This document shows, piece after piece, positions 25,784 through 38,796 of a stretch of DNA of 64,000 nucleotides. Positions within the stretch are counted from its first letter, which is position 1. Every line of letters starts with the position of its first letter. The stretch is from Bugula neritina (taxonomy: Eukaryota > Animalia > Bryozoa). The stretch covers positions 3,763,929-3,827,928 of the forward strand of contig OZ037769.1 in assembly GCA_964035545.1 (NCBI GenBank), given 5' to 3'. The notes beneath the pieces were generated by a model. It was given only the letters and a program-made list of their open reading frames with translations, had not been told where the DNA came from and searched no databases. Both the position numbers and the translations under genes were made by a program.

Positions 25784-26904
25784 TTAGCAATGCAATAGTA
25801 TTCTATTTATTTTATATGCAAGGAGGAATCCCACAAACCAAGATTTTTCAAACTTTCATTCACCTAAAAAAATTTATTTATCGATTTGCGAAGATTTAAT
25901 CTGCCATTCTTTATTTAAACATGATGCAACACTTGACGTAGGAAATTCTTATCTTTAGCAACAGCACACAAACAACCAATAATTTCTTTGATGAGCTATA
26001 ATCTGATAAATTGAAATAGTCTGCTTCCGTGCATAATCAATTATTTCTTTTGTTTTTATTGCAGATTTTTTAACTAATAAATTGTTTAATTTTTAGTTAG
26101 TCAAGCTATCTCTAGTATTTTCTTTTAAATAATTAATGCTATAAATAAAAAAAAAATATAAAGCAAAATTTAAAAAATTTAAATTATATCAGAGACAAGA
26201 ATCTATTATGAATAGTGCGAAAAATTCTCTGATATGGTAGCCTACCATATAATCAATATAAAGTTGTCTGTATAACTAAAGCTGTTAATTAAATATTGGA
26301 AATATTATTAAGCGTTCGTAATAAATATATAACAAATACTTAAGTCTTGCTAAAATGTTTCAAAATGAGCACATATATACTTATGAGACTTGCACAGCAC
26401 TATCACATAGGCAATTGCTGTATAAATTTGGCTTTTAAATTCAGCAGATATAGCATGAAGTTGGCAATGTCATTTAACACAACTTCCAGGCAGCATTTTT
26501 TATAACTAGCTTTTGCTGAAACAAATCAATATTTCAGTCTATAACAACTATCATTCATACAACTTATATATTAAATATAAAGCGATACGTCTTTTGCAAA
26601 ATATCTGCAGCAGCTCAAAAGAGTTTGCTTAGGGAGTCTCTGAAGTTATGAATATAAACTATAATAATACTCACCTTTGTTAACAGTTTAATATACGTTT
26701 TCACTCAATAACCTCATTTACCTGTTTCATGTGCCTTTGTAATCTTATCAACAGGGTAAAAATACAAAACATACTTTCCAATTATTTATGATTCTAGTTT
26801 GCTGTATTCTCTGTTGGTTAAACAATATTTTCTATAAACACTTAATGAAGCTCTTCTGTTAGAATAAGTTGCTAACACACAGAAGTAGAGCAAGTTATCT
26901 AAAC

Positions 26905-28077
26905 ATGAAGGTCTTGTATTTGCAAACACTTTGCATTCTTGCTTGCATTGCTTCTATCAAAACTGAACGAGGTATGTCTAAATATTCATTTTCAAAGTTT
27001 TATATGAGTGTTATAAAAGTGGAAATGCATGGAAATTACAGCTAAAAAGTTCAAAATTGTTTGATATACTGTTTCCACGTTGTAGTTGAAGTTGATATTT
27101 GAGTCTAAAAAACCCGAAAAAAAATATTTTGCTCAAAACTGTTTTAGCAATGGCATATGTTAAGCACACAATGTCAACAGCTGAAGTATATTACATTTAT
27201 TTATGTATGCAGGCTTTCAATTTGATAAAAATGAATTTAAAACTGAATTGCTCATTTTATCTTAAATTTAAATACAAGCAGGACCGAGGCAAAAATCTCA
27301 TTTATCTAGTTTAATTCCTGTCTAAGGTTTCAGCATATGGTGAAACACTTAATAGGAAAGAAGCTGCAATATATGAGCCCTGCACCAGTTGTGTTATAAG
27401 AAGACAACTCCCAATTTCATTAAAAACTTATCATCACATTCTCAAAGTATATACAATATACATGAAACACATTGCCTAAGGTGGAAATATATTGTAATTT
27501 GTGATTCGTTCTATTATAATAGTAAAAAATTGTCACTGCCATTAAAATTTCTAAAATGTAAATTACAGTGATTGGATACAGAGGGTGTTATAGAGATGAA
27601 GGCAACAGGGATCTGCCTCATCGGGCCTCTTATCACGGAGATGGTTCTGTAAAGAACTGTATTGACTATTGTCAGCAAAAAGGTAAACAAGCTATCAGTG
27701 TGAGCTTTTTCACCCTTAAAGTGTGACTAATTTTAGTTTTTATAACTTAATATTTTTATAATACTGCGGCTGAGAAAATCTATGGTTTATATAGTATCAA
27801 ATTATAGCAAGAAAAAACAATTTTATTATAGACAGTTTAATTTATCAGGTCTAAAGCTAGATTTAGGAGACAATTTTAATTTAATTTTGTAGGTTTTGAC
27901 TATGCAGGATTGCAGCATTCTGGAGAATGCTTTTGTGGAAACCGATATGGCAGATATGGAAGGCTTGATGAGGCAGAGTGCGATAGATCATGCAGGGGTG
28001 ATAGTAGTGAGATATGTGGGGGTCATTATGCTAATTCTGTGTACGTTGTGCCTAAATGTTCATGCAACATATCTTAA
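26905..28077 (+). CDS. S3: secreted single-WSC protein, 121 aa; exons 26905-26971, 27569-27682, 27893-28077
   Basis: Intact frame: ...RDLPHRASYHGDGSVKNCIDYC...AGLQHSGECFCG...[28 protein letters not shown]. Confidence 0.88.
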
Positions 28078-29276
28078 AATATTAATGAAAATTGGATACT
28101 CATGTTCAATAAATTGTTCTGCATAAATAATACTTCACGACAGCTTAATTAAAGATTGCAATTTAAACTGAAACACTAAGAAAAGATGTTTTAAATTTTT
28201 TATATTATAAATGAACAGAAGTTGTCATTTTTACTTTATTTTGAAATTTTATAGTATTATAGACAATTATATTTTAATTATTTTATGCACTGTATGTCTG
28301 TTATATAATAATGATAAAATGCTTCACCTGATTACGACCCCCTGCAGAAAGTTGAGAAAGTTCAACCTTGCTAACACTGCCTATACACTAATAAAAATAA
28401 ATCAATATGAAACTAAATCTGTGATGTTTTACTGTATATAGCAAAAATAAACAATAGAATGACACAAATTTTCATATGCTGCAGGCATACAAATATAAAA
28501 CCCAAGAGAGTTAGATATTATAAAATACTTTATTTATTTATTAAGCTATTACAGTATCATTCAATTGGTCAATAATGTACCTAAATTGAGTTTGAAACAT
28601 ATAAGCCAACAATATTCACAAGCTTATCATAATATGTTTGTGTTAGAGAATTAGAATTTATAGTAGGCATCCATCAGTCAGTCCGATTATGGGTGACACA
28701 TCCTGTGGTGGGGAGTCTTGCTAAAAATGCATCAAAGTAAGCATATATACTTATATATAAGATATAGTAACGGTACCATCACAAATATAGCTATACTAGC
28801 TGCATGAATTCTGTTTGTTTAGCAAATATATGGAATTTGCAGTTTAATTTAACATAACATTCAGACAACATCTCTATAATTGATTTTTGCTGAAGCAAAT
28901 CAATATTTCGGTCTAAAAACTACAATTCACACAAGTCATATATTAAACAAATAATACTATAGGATTTGGTAAAGAATCAATAGACTAAAAGAGTTATATG
29001 CTTTAAGAAACTCCCTAAAGTCATGAATAAATACTCACCTTTGTTAGCAGTTTATTATACGCTTTCACTCAATAAACTCATCTATCTGTTTTTGCATGCC
29101 TTTGTAATCTAATCAACAGGGTAAAAATACAAAACATACTTTCTAAATATTTATGATTTTTAGCTGTATAGCCTTTGTTTTTAATTAAACAATATTTTTT
29201 ATAAACGTAGCATTTAATGCAACTCTCCTGTTAGAATTAGCTGATAACACACAGAAGTAGAGCAAGTTATCTAAAC

Positions 29277-30736
29277 ATGAAGGTCTTGTATTTGCAAACA
29301 CTTTGCATTCTTGCTTGCATTGCTTCTATTAAAACTGAACGAGGTATGTTCAAATATTCATTTTTAAAACCTATATAAAGTAGATTGCTAATTTGAGAGC
29401 CATCAGTTCAAATTTCACAAATTTTGTTTGACAGCTAGCTTACTAACAACCTATCTAGGACAGCTGGCTTATTTTGCTATTAATTGTTAAAATAAGTTTG
29501 TCTATTCTAACATGTTTCTTGATGCAAACTTACTGCTTTGATTATGTGTAACTTAGTTCAACAATTATAGCATATCTTTTATTTAAATTATATTAGTGAT
29601 TACGATGATGATTCAATCCATCAATGATTTATATTGGAAGCATTTTAAAGAAAAAAGGAAATTGCAGCTCTAAAATTTTTAGAATTGCTTGAAAATGTTC
29701 TAGGTTTGATAAGTTTTTATACATTGAGATATATATTTTTCTAGTTGATAACGAAAACTGCTTTTATATGCACTATCTTGAGTTTGACAAACGAAAAACG
29801 AAAATGTTTTTCCTAATAACGTTTTAGGGATAACATAATATTATGTTAGGCAGAAAATGTTATCAGCGGTATTATATAACTTGCTGGTGTATTGTGCAGG
29901 CTCACGTACAGTGTAATGAAGTGAATTTAAGACTGAATTTTTATTTTAAATACAAATGCAAGCTGGAAAAAATTGAAAATAATAAGAAGCACATTTATCT
30001 AGTTTGATCTCTGCCTTAGGTTTTAGCATATGATAAAACACTTGATATGGAAGAGTCTGCTATAGGAGCTCTTCACTAGTTTTTTTATAAGAAGACAACT
30101 TCCAATTTTATTTAGAACATTGTCAACAGATTATCAAAGTATACATGAAACTAATTGCTTATAGAATGCACAATATATTGTAGTTTGTGATTTCATTCGC
30201 AAGATAATGATTTCTAATGTAAATTACAGTGATTGGATACAGAGGGTGTTATAGAGATGAAAGCAGCAACAGGGATTTACCTTATAGAACTGACTTTAAA
30301 GACAACTCTGTAAAGAAATGTATTAGCCATTGTCAAGAACAAGGTAAACAAGCTATTAGTGTGACTTTTCTCACTCTTAAAGTGTGATCACTAATGTTAG
30401 TTTCTAGTGCCTAATACTGTTCATAGTACAACGGAGAGATAATATCTGGCTTACTTATACAATCATGAAGAAAAAATGATTTCATAGACACTTTAAATTG
30501 TCAGATCTGAAGCTAGGTTATTATAGGGACAATTCTAATTTAATTTTGTAGGCTATGACTATGCAGGTATGCAATACTCTTACGAATGTCGTTGTGGAAA
30601 CCGATATGGTAGATATGGAAGGCTTGAGGAAACAAGTTGCAATAGGTCATGCAACGGCAATAGTAATGAAATGTGTGGCGGCTCACTGGCTAATTCAGTG
30701 TACGTTGTACCCAAATGCTCATGCAACATATCCTAA
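29277..30736 (+). CDS. S4: secreted single-WSC protein, 121 aa; exons 29277-29343, 30230-30343, 30552-30736
   Basis: Intact frame: ...AGMQYSYECRCG...[20 protein letters not shown]. Confidence 0.88.
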
Positions 30737-31685
30737 AATGTTAATGGAAATTGAATGTTCGTGTTCAATAAATTGTTCTGCATAAATTATAATACTTCAT
30801 CACAGCTTAATTAAAGAGTGCAATTTGAACTAAAAAACTAAGAAAATATGTTCTTTTTTAAATAAAATATGTAACTGTCATGTTTGCTCTATTTCCAAAA
30901 CTGAATATAAGCAAGAGTTTTACATTGTACTAGACAATATTTTTAATATCCGGTAATAATTATTTAATGCTTCACATAATTTATATGACCATTGTGATAA
31001 CTTGACGTAGCTTTATTATAACACTGCCTATATAAGTGAACAAATATAAATAAATTATTATAAAACTAAAATGTGACTTTCTCTGTATGATAAAAATAAA
31101 TGATAAAATGATGCAACTACGCATATAATACATTACAGACTAACATATCTGTAAGTGCAACACCCAGGAGAGTTAGATATTACAAAATACTTCATTTATT
31201 TATTAAGCTATTGCAGTATCAAATTAGTCAATAATGTACTCAAACTGAGTTTGAAATATATACTAGCCACTTATGTTAGAAAGTTGGGTTACACAGCCTT
31301 TATACATGCACAGAAACTTAGCCCAAGCACTAAGGCCTATATTGATAGCTGATGTTATGGCTAAAAGTTCTAGTTGTTATAAATTGCTTTGGCCTTAAGC
31401 TATGCTACTATTGAGTTTACTAAATGGCTTCCATGTGAACTAAATAATCAGTTTTAAATTAGCAGCTTCAATTGTTTCATGAGGGTGAAGAATGACTTTA
31501 GTTTGAGGTCTCAAGTTTATAGAGTTAGGTCCCAACTATGAACTTCACCCCTAATTTGGAGAACCCTTGAACACTACCTCAACACAATGCATGTTGAGCT
31601 AGGGCTTTTGGTTTTTTTAAATTATATAAACATTGATTGTATATATTAAATCATTAAAATTTGTTGTAGAGCGAAAGCTTTATAG

Positions 31686-31906
31686 CAGGGGTGGACAACT
31701 TTGTTTGCTCCGATGGCTAAGTTTAGAAGTCAGCCACATGATTGTACACATAATGAATTTAATTATAATGGAGTATAGTTTGAACTTATACTGTGCTTAT
31801 CAGAATAACTATGACAGTTTTTACTTATGTCTTCAGCATTAAAAGAGCCACTAGAAAATGGGCAAAGGGCCACAGGGGACCTTAGGGCCCCAATTATCCA
31901 CCCCTG
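31686..31906. mobile_element. hAT (Charlie-like) MITE
   Basis: TIRs CAGGGGTGGACAA / TTATCCACCCCTG; degenerate 8-bp TSD CTTTATAG / TTCTATAG. Confidence 0.65.
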
Positions 31907-32270
31907 TTCTATAGCAACATTTAGCATTGCTTTAAATTCTACATTCTATTATGATAACAAATGCGTTAGCCTTTAAAGATTAAATTAATAATGCATATTT
32001 AGGCTGCACATTCTTTAACTTTTGGAAATTTGCCAATAATTATATTTCTGTATATAATAAATTTGTAACAATGAGAGTTGATGACATCATTTCATTGTTG
32101 AACACATCTCAAAGCATCTATTCTGATTCTCAAATGATCAAAGCTAGTTTTCATGCTAATAATATTTTCTGAAGATTTCTGTATAATTTGTTAGATTTAG
32201 TGTTACTTAAACTCTGTATACTGAGGTGTATACTGAAGTATCTGTAGTTCTCAACCCTGACGTCATTATC

Positions 32271-34408
32271 ATGGTGAGTATCACTCAGTCTAAATATTTC
32301 TGTTGTGATGGTCAAACTGTACACATTACTGTTCCAACAGTAATAGTGACTATAATAGTATTATTACTGTATTAGTTTTAGTATTAGTTTTAGTATATTA
32401 CTAAATAATAGTTTAGATGACAGTAGTGGAAATTAATAGTCACTATAATAATTACTATGCCAATAGTAATAGTTACTTCTATTAGTACTATATAGTATTA
32501 GTGTTAGTGTTAGTACTATAATATTGCTAATGCAATTTAGACATTTCAGTATATTTTTGTAATCTTCCATTTTCTAATTAATTATTCACGAATTTGTTTA
32601 CTGGGAGGTGATGAAAAAAAAGGTTATAGTAAGATTTAGTTTGATGGAATGTAACCATGATTGAATAAGAGCCTCTTTTATATTAGATTACAATTGAATA
32701 ACAACTTATATGCTTCTAGAGTAATTAATAATAATATAATATAACATATATTATATATATATAGGGTGGGATTGGACAAATTCTCCCGATAGTAATGATG
32801 TTAGGACTATCAGCACGTCAAAGAAAAATTAATGAGTAAGTATTTTGAGTTTGTCTTATATTTTTGTGAGGTGCAGTACTTTTTCATTTATGTTAACTTA
32901 ATTAAAAATTAGAAATACATGTATCGATAATCTTAATATACAGTGACGCTCAAGGAAGTAGTGGAAATAGCCGTAGTCGAAGGAGTAATGGCAGAAGAAA
33001 CTGTGATGACTTAAACTCTTCACAGCAGTCTCGATCTACATCTAGTGGTACACCTACTTCAAGGACAGCTAATAAAAAGGAAAAGTAAGTTGCTAACTTA
33101 GCGTTTCAAATTTTTATAGCTGAATATTTTGAGATCGTATCAAACATTAGTTAATGCATGCTTTAATTGTGAACTGGTGATAAAGGCTCCATAACTTATG
33201 AACAATGTCTACGTGTTATAAATTGTGACATTATAATATATTTTGAACCAGTTATTAAAATGTTTGCAGACAATGTACCAGTACAACAGGCAATGTGCCT
33301 TCTCATTCATTTGAAAAATGTTCAGCACCTGCACAAAATGATGGAGAACAAAGGACTGGTGTGAATATCATGTTTGGATCTTTTGCGGAAAGCTCTAATT
33401 CTCGTAGCGGTGATCAAGGAGAAGCTACCAGATCTATCAACAGAAGAAACATAGGGTATTGCGATAGTGTCTTAAATCATAGATAATAGAAAAGTGTAAC
33501 AGCATGGTTTTATGATGTTACTTGTACATGGTTTTCAGTAAGTTAATTAGTGAACAAACACAATATTCAAATCATGCATGTATTTTAGTAACTGTTGAGT
33601 TGTTGTTTAACTGGTCTCAAATTTTTTGAAACATTTGTAAGATCCACAAAATTAAATGTATAACCTGTTTTTCTATAGGTTACCACCAGTACAGCCAAAC
33701 TTCAGAGTTTCTTCCAGCTCTTCTGGGCGTGATGAGACTACCAGGAGTTTTCCTAACATGTTTGTTCCACAGTTTGGGCGACTAGCAGCCGATATTCACA
33801 AAGACCAAAGTATAAATTTCACAACCACTCCTCAATTCAAAGCCTACACCCCACCTGAAAACACTGCTACACAACTACCTTGTAGATCTCAGTCAGATGG
33901 CCAACTTCATGTACGCCCTGTCTTCAATGAAATACGAAATGACATCACATTCTGTTCAATGCCAGATATATTCTACTTAAGTTTTTACAAACAGTTCATA
34001 GACTCAAACAGATCAGATTGTAACACATTCACTCCTGGATCAATGCCAGACATATCCGATTTCAGCCGCTATCAGAAAAAGATAAAAAACAACAACACTA
34101 TTCCATCTTCCTCAGCAACAAACATCACTTCTTTTACCACTAGTCCAATACCAGAAATTTCTGCTTCCATCATGCCTAACCAAAGAACTACAGAGCCCGC
34201 CAGATCAAACTTATCCGCAACTGATGTAACCAGCAATGACCTCACTGCAGCTTCAGCAACTTATCCACTAGCATCTGGAAACTCTGCCAACCCTCCACCT
34301 GCTCCAATTTCACTTTCAGCTCTTTTCAGTAGCTTCTGTCGTCTCACCAACACTATTGTTACCTGGTCATGTCGTTGGCTCCGCCTCATGTTCCACTGGC
34401 TTCTCTAA
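32271..34408 (+). CDS. Orphan gene X1: Ser/Thr-rich low-complexity protein, ~376 aa; exons 32271-32273 (ATG), 32765-32835, 32944-33084, 33270-33455, 33679-34408
   Basis: GT-AG sites and phases (0,2,2,2) are conserved in copy X2. Three exon-2 differences from X2 are synonymous in this frame (CCG/CCA, GCA/GCT, AGA/AGG). Starts MGGIGQILPIVMMLGLSARQRK; no recognisable domain. Confidence 0.6.
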
Positions 34409-35807
34409 GTACTAACATTTTCAAAAATTCTTCTCTTCTTTAGAAGTGTATGAGCACGTCAATATTTTCATTACTGTTCAATTATTTTGGTTCTAAGTGC
34501 TTACGTGCGCACTGCTATACTTTTTTAGAAATATTGTTTAGAACACTACTGTTTTATTTTTAGTGTAAGTCATTCTAACTAAATTTTTTCTTCAAAATAT
34601 TTTAATCCATTCATTCTTAGTTCTTATTACATTCTTCAGAGTGGTCAAACATCAAATATTGATTGCTATTTTTTATTCTTCTCACAACAAGATGGTCAGA
34701 TATAGCATCAATTTCTTTAACTAAACATAGCTATATGATCTGTCAAAATACTGACAGCCCTGCCATATTATGAAAAATATTTTTTGTTAAAAAATTATTT
34801 TATCAGCAACAGGATTTCAGGTTGGTTAATCCTGATATTCCTTTCATTCTTTTTCTTAAAAGTTTTTGTGAGCTTATTTGTTATCAGCTTCTTAAATTTT
34901 AAAAATAAACTGTTGTAAATGCATGATTTGATTATAATACATGATGTAACATGTTATACATTTATTATCAAAATACTTTTAGTTCACATGAAACAAAAGC
35001 TATTTAATTGGAAGCTTATCATAGCTTTGCTTCTAGAAGCTTACCAGTGAATATTTACACAACAAAGTAAAAACAAGAAAGAAGCAGCATTCATTTGAAA
35101 TAAAATAAAGTATAGTTTGCATGTAATCCGTGTGGGCATCTCCACGGATTTATTCACTTGCATGGAAACGCAATGAGTATGGCAAAAAGTGAGATCAACT
35201 TCTATTTTTGTCAGAGCATAGTTTTACAGTATCTAATTTTCAGACATAATCTTATATGTTCCAATCCAAGATTATACATCACATCAAAAATATATGTTGT
35301 GTCTGCCCCAGACTCAACATTTTTATTATGTAATAAGTACCAACATCCTCAGCATGATAATCTAATCTAGAACCAGTTTTATATTTGTTGTAGACCAACA
35401 TATTACAGCAAACGCATCAGCTTACATCGCTGATGCCAAAAAACATAAAGCTTATGTATTCTACAATTTACATTTGTAACAAATGGATAGCTTACTTCTA
35501 AACTTTCAGATAGTTTATTATAGAAGGCTGTCTCTAATCAATGCTGTTTCAAATGTCTCAAACGGAGAATGATAAATTACATGGGTGATGAAATATTAAA
35601 TGCGTGTTTTCAATGAAGCCATAGCTATACGAATGAATGCTTTCAGTCTATTTTTAGGTTTTTCACACTCCAAATGTTTTAAGTTGATAGGGCTATAGAT
35701 TTACATTGGACTGGGCTGTTATACATTAAAAATCACCTCATTTTTTTCAAAGAATTTTCTTTGCTTAACCTACCACAACGTTTATTTGAACTGCTTATAA
35801 GCTATAC

Positions 35808-35925
<118 letters not shown>

Positions 35926-36328
35926 GATGCAGCATATATGCTTTGGCAGACGGTTTATCATTCAATATATTCTCAAATTTTATTATATCTGAAAGATCAC
36001 CAAAAGACTCACAACTAAAAAATTTCTAAAAATATAATGAATTTGGCACAAAAAGTTTGTATTCAAATCTGACACTAATTAAAAAATGTTAAAACAATGT
36101 GCAGAGTATAACAATAGAAGAGTAAATAAATCTGAAGCTCATAACAAAAATGACATAATATGACATAATTTTCAATTATGGTTTTATACCTAGAACTTGT
36201 AAGTTACAAAACATGATATTATATAGTTGCAGAAGTAAACTTAAATTAAATTATAATCTACATAATTTTTTATTGGTATGTAACCAAAGCAACACTTTCA
36301 AAACATTTTTTTATTGAGTAGTTTATGC

Positions 36329-38736
36329 CTAACTCAAGCCTGTCTCAAACACTGCCAGTGTGCTGTAACCACCACATGTACTCTCGTAGTCTGAAGTACA
36401 CAATTCATCACACTCAGAATCTGATACTTGATAGTATCTGTTAAAATCGTGACTGCAATAACATCCATTTGGTTGTCCAATTCCAGCAAATAGGTAGCCT
36501 ACAATAATAAATGTGATTTATAGTTATCAGTCAATAAAATAGTGCAAATATATTATCAGGCTTTGAGTTAAATTTAATATTATTTATTTTATTCTTTTTG
36601 TGAGTTACAATTCATATTCATTTGACATTAAAGAGGCATATAATCAACCTCATATGTTCTCATGTTGTGCCAAGTTGCTAAGCTTTAATTTATTTATATA
36701 AGACAATAAATGCAATACATATAACACCAGATATAACAAATTGCTTGTTTAAAAGCAAATAAATTTTGCAAAACAGTGAATAATTGTGCTTTATAAGTGA
36801 TATTCTTTTTTAAAATTGTTGCAAAAACTAAATCTTATTCTGACTAATTTATCATAAATTCAGCAGATTGTTAGATTGTCATATTCTCTCACCTTCATCT
36901 TTACATTCACTCTTACACAGTGTAGGAGTCAAGTCATAATCTGAGATGTAAATAGAGACATTCATGGCTCTGTTTGAAAAATAATCTTGATAGCAGCCTA
37001 AAAATACAGTTGGAATCTAAGTTTAGTCATCAGCTTACACTTTATAAGCAGTATGTCAAAATATTTATTTGTTTTTATGAAAGTGTTTAAATCATTACCA
37101 TTAAAAACATAATATTATACTTGGTGTTCGATTGTAAGCTGAAAATTTGATATATGGCATGGCTTTAAGAATAATCGTGAATGTTTTCTCACCCAAATAG
37201 TCTGTTTTGTAGATAGAGTTGGATAAAAATCCTCCACAGTTCTCATTCCCAACTGGACAATCAAGGTTACAAAAATACGATTCACCATATGAACCGTAAG
37301 ACTGTCCACAGTGACATTCAGTCTCTGATTGTAGTCCAGCATACCTGTAACCTAACAATTGTAAACTTATTAAATTATTCCTGCACAAAAGTTTTGTGTA
37401 ATGTTTTGGCTCAATTTGATTAAAAAAACAAAACTGAGCAGGCATAGTTGTTAGTTTTTACACACTAAAGTAGAGCCCGAAAATTTATATGCCGCTTTTA
37501 TAATTTCAATCTGGCCTATTTGCTACTTTTAGAAATCTTCAGTTATAGCTAAAAAAAAGAGTACTTCATGAATAATCAGCAACTGTTTGGTCAACTAGAG
37601 AGCTGTATTTCACACAAGGCAATAGTAGACTAAAAACACAGCTGTAATTATAATATGTTTAGAAATTAAAAGTCTTGGAGGTATACTCACACTGACTAAA
37701 AATAAAAATTAACAATTTTTTTTTGATTTGTCAGATTCAAATTAGTTTAGTTACAATGGGTTGATATTTCACATTACTTTTACTTTTACGTTATGTAATC
37801 ATGCCTAAAATTTAACTTTTCAATTGTTTCCAACTCCCAGCTTTTCTAGCAATTATATTGAGACTCGTATAGCAATGTTTTGCCTACCTTTGTTTGAACA
37901 CGTAGAAACACACTGGCTGGGGTTGTTGTCCCAAAAGTATGTTAACACTGGTAGGTCATTTGTCCAAAGAGAATCTTGGTAGCAGCCAAGATAGTGATAC
38001 TTCTGGTCTTCTACAGCATTGTTTTATTATACATAAAAGGTTTCACACAAATATATGTTCATCAAAATGTGTATATTATTTTTCAAACCTTGATAGTACA
38101 AAATTAAAACTACCATTTTTGAAGTAAAACTAGAAGCAAAAGAAAGTTATATTTATTTAATAATCACTGGCAAATTAGTAAAACGAAATTAAAAAATATC
38201 AATTTTAATTGCATTTTGATTTTAATAATCAGCTTAAAACATTCTCAATAAATCAGACCTAATAATAGTATATTGAAAGTCTTTAAACTTAGACTTAAAA
38301 TTATTTAAACCAGAGCCTATAATTGAGCTCATTCATTTGAATATTATTATAAATTGACACTTTTTATTCACCGCTATACTACAGCACCTATACAAGTATA
38401 GCTTTAGATTAAATAGATAAAAGCAACCTCAGGTTTTCAAATGATAGTAGAAAACTGTTGGTTTATAAATATACATTAGTATATTTTGATTTTACTTCAA
38501 CTGCATTCAGGTAATGTTTAAAAATAGAATTTGACATCTGCATAGATCATCAAATGTCTTTTTTAAACAACATTTAAAAGTTATAGAGTTAAAAGATAGG
38601 ATATTTTATGCTTTCAATTTAATATGCTTTAGTAAAACTATAAGTTTTACTATTGCGAAGGTGTGGGCCATGGTACTCTGTTCTGTGCTGATGAGGGGAC
38701 AAATCCCGAAACAGCTGCTGTCCACAGATTGAGATA

Positions 38737-38796
<60 letters not shown>

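Noticed and set aside
35125-35150. GC hairpin AATCCGTG...CACGGATT resembling a Helitron 3' end
   Set aside because: No clear CTRR terminus or second copy in the window.
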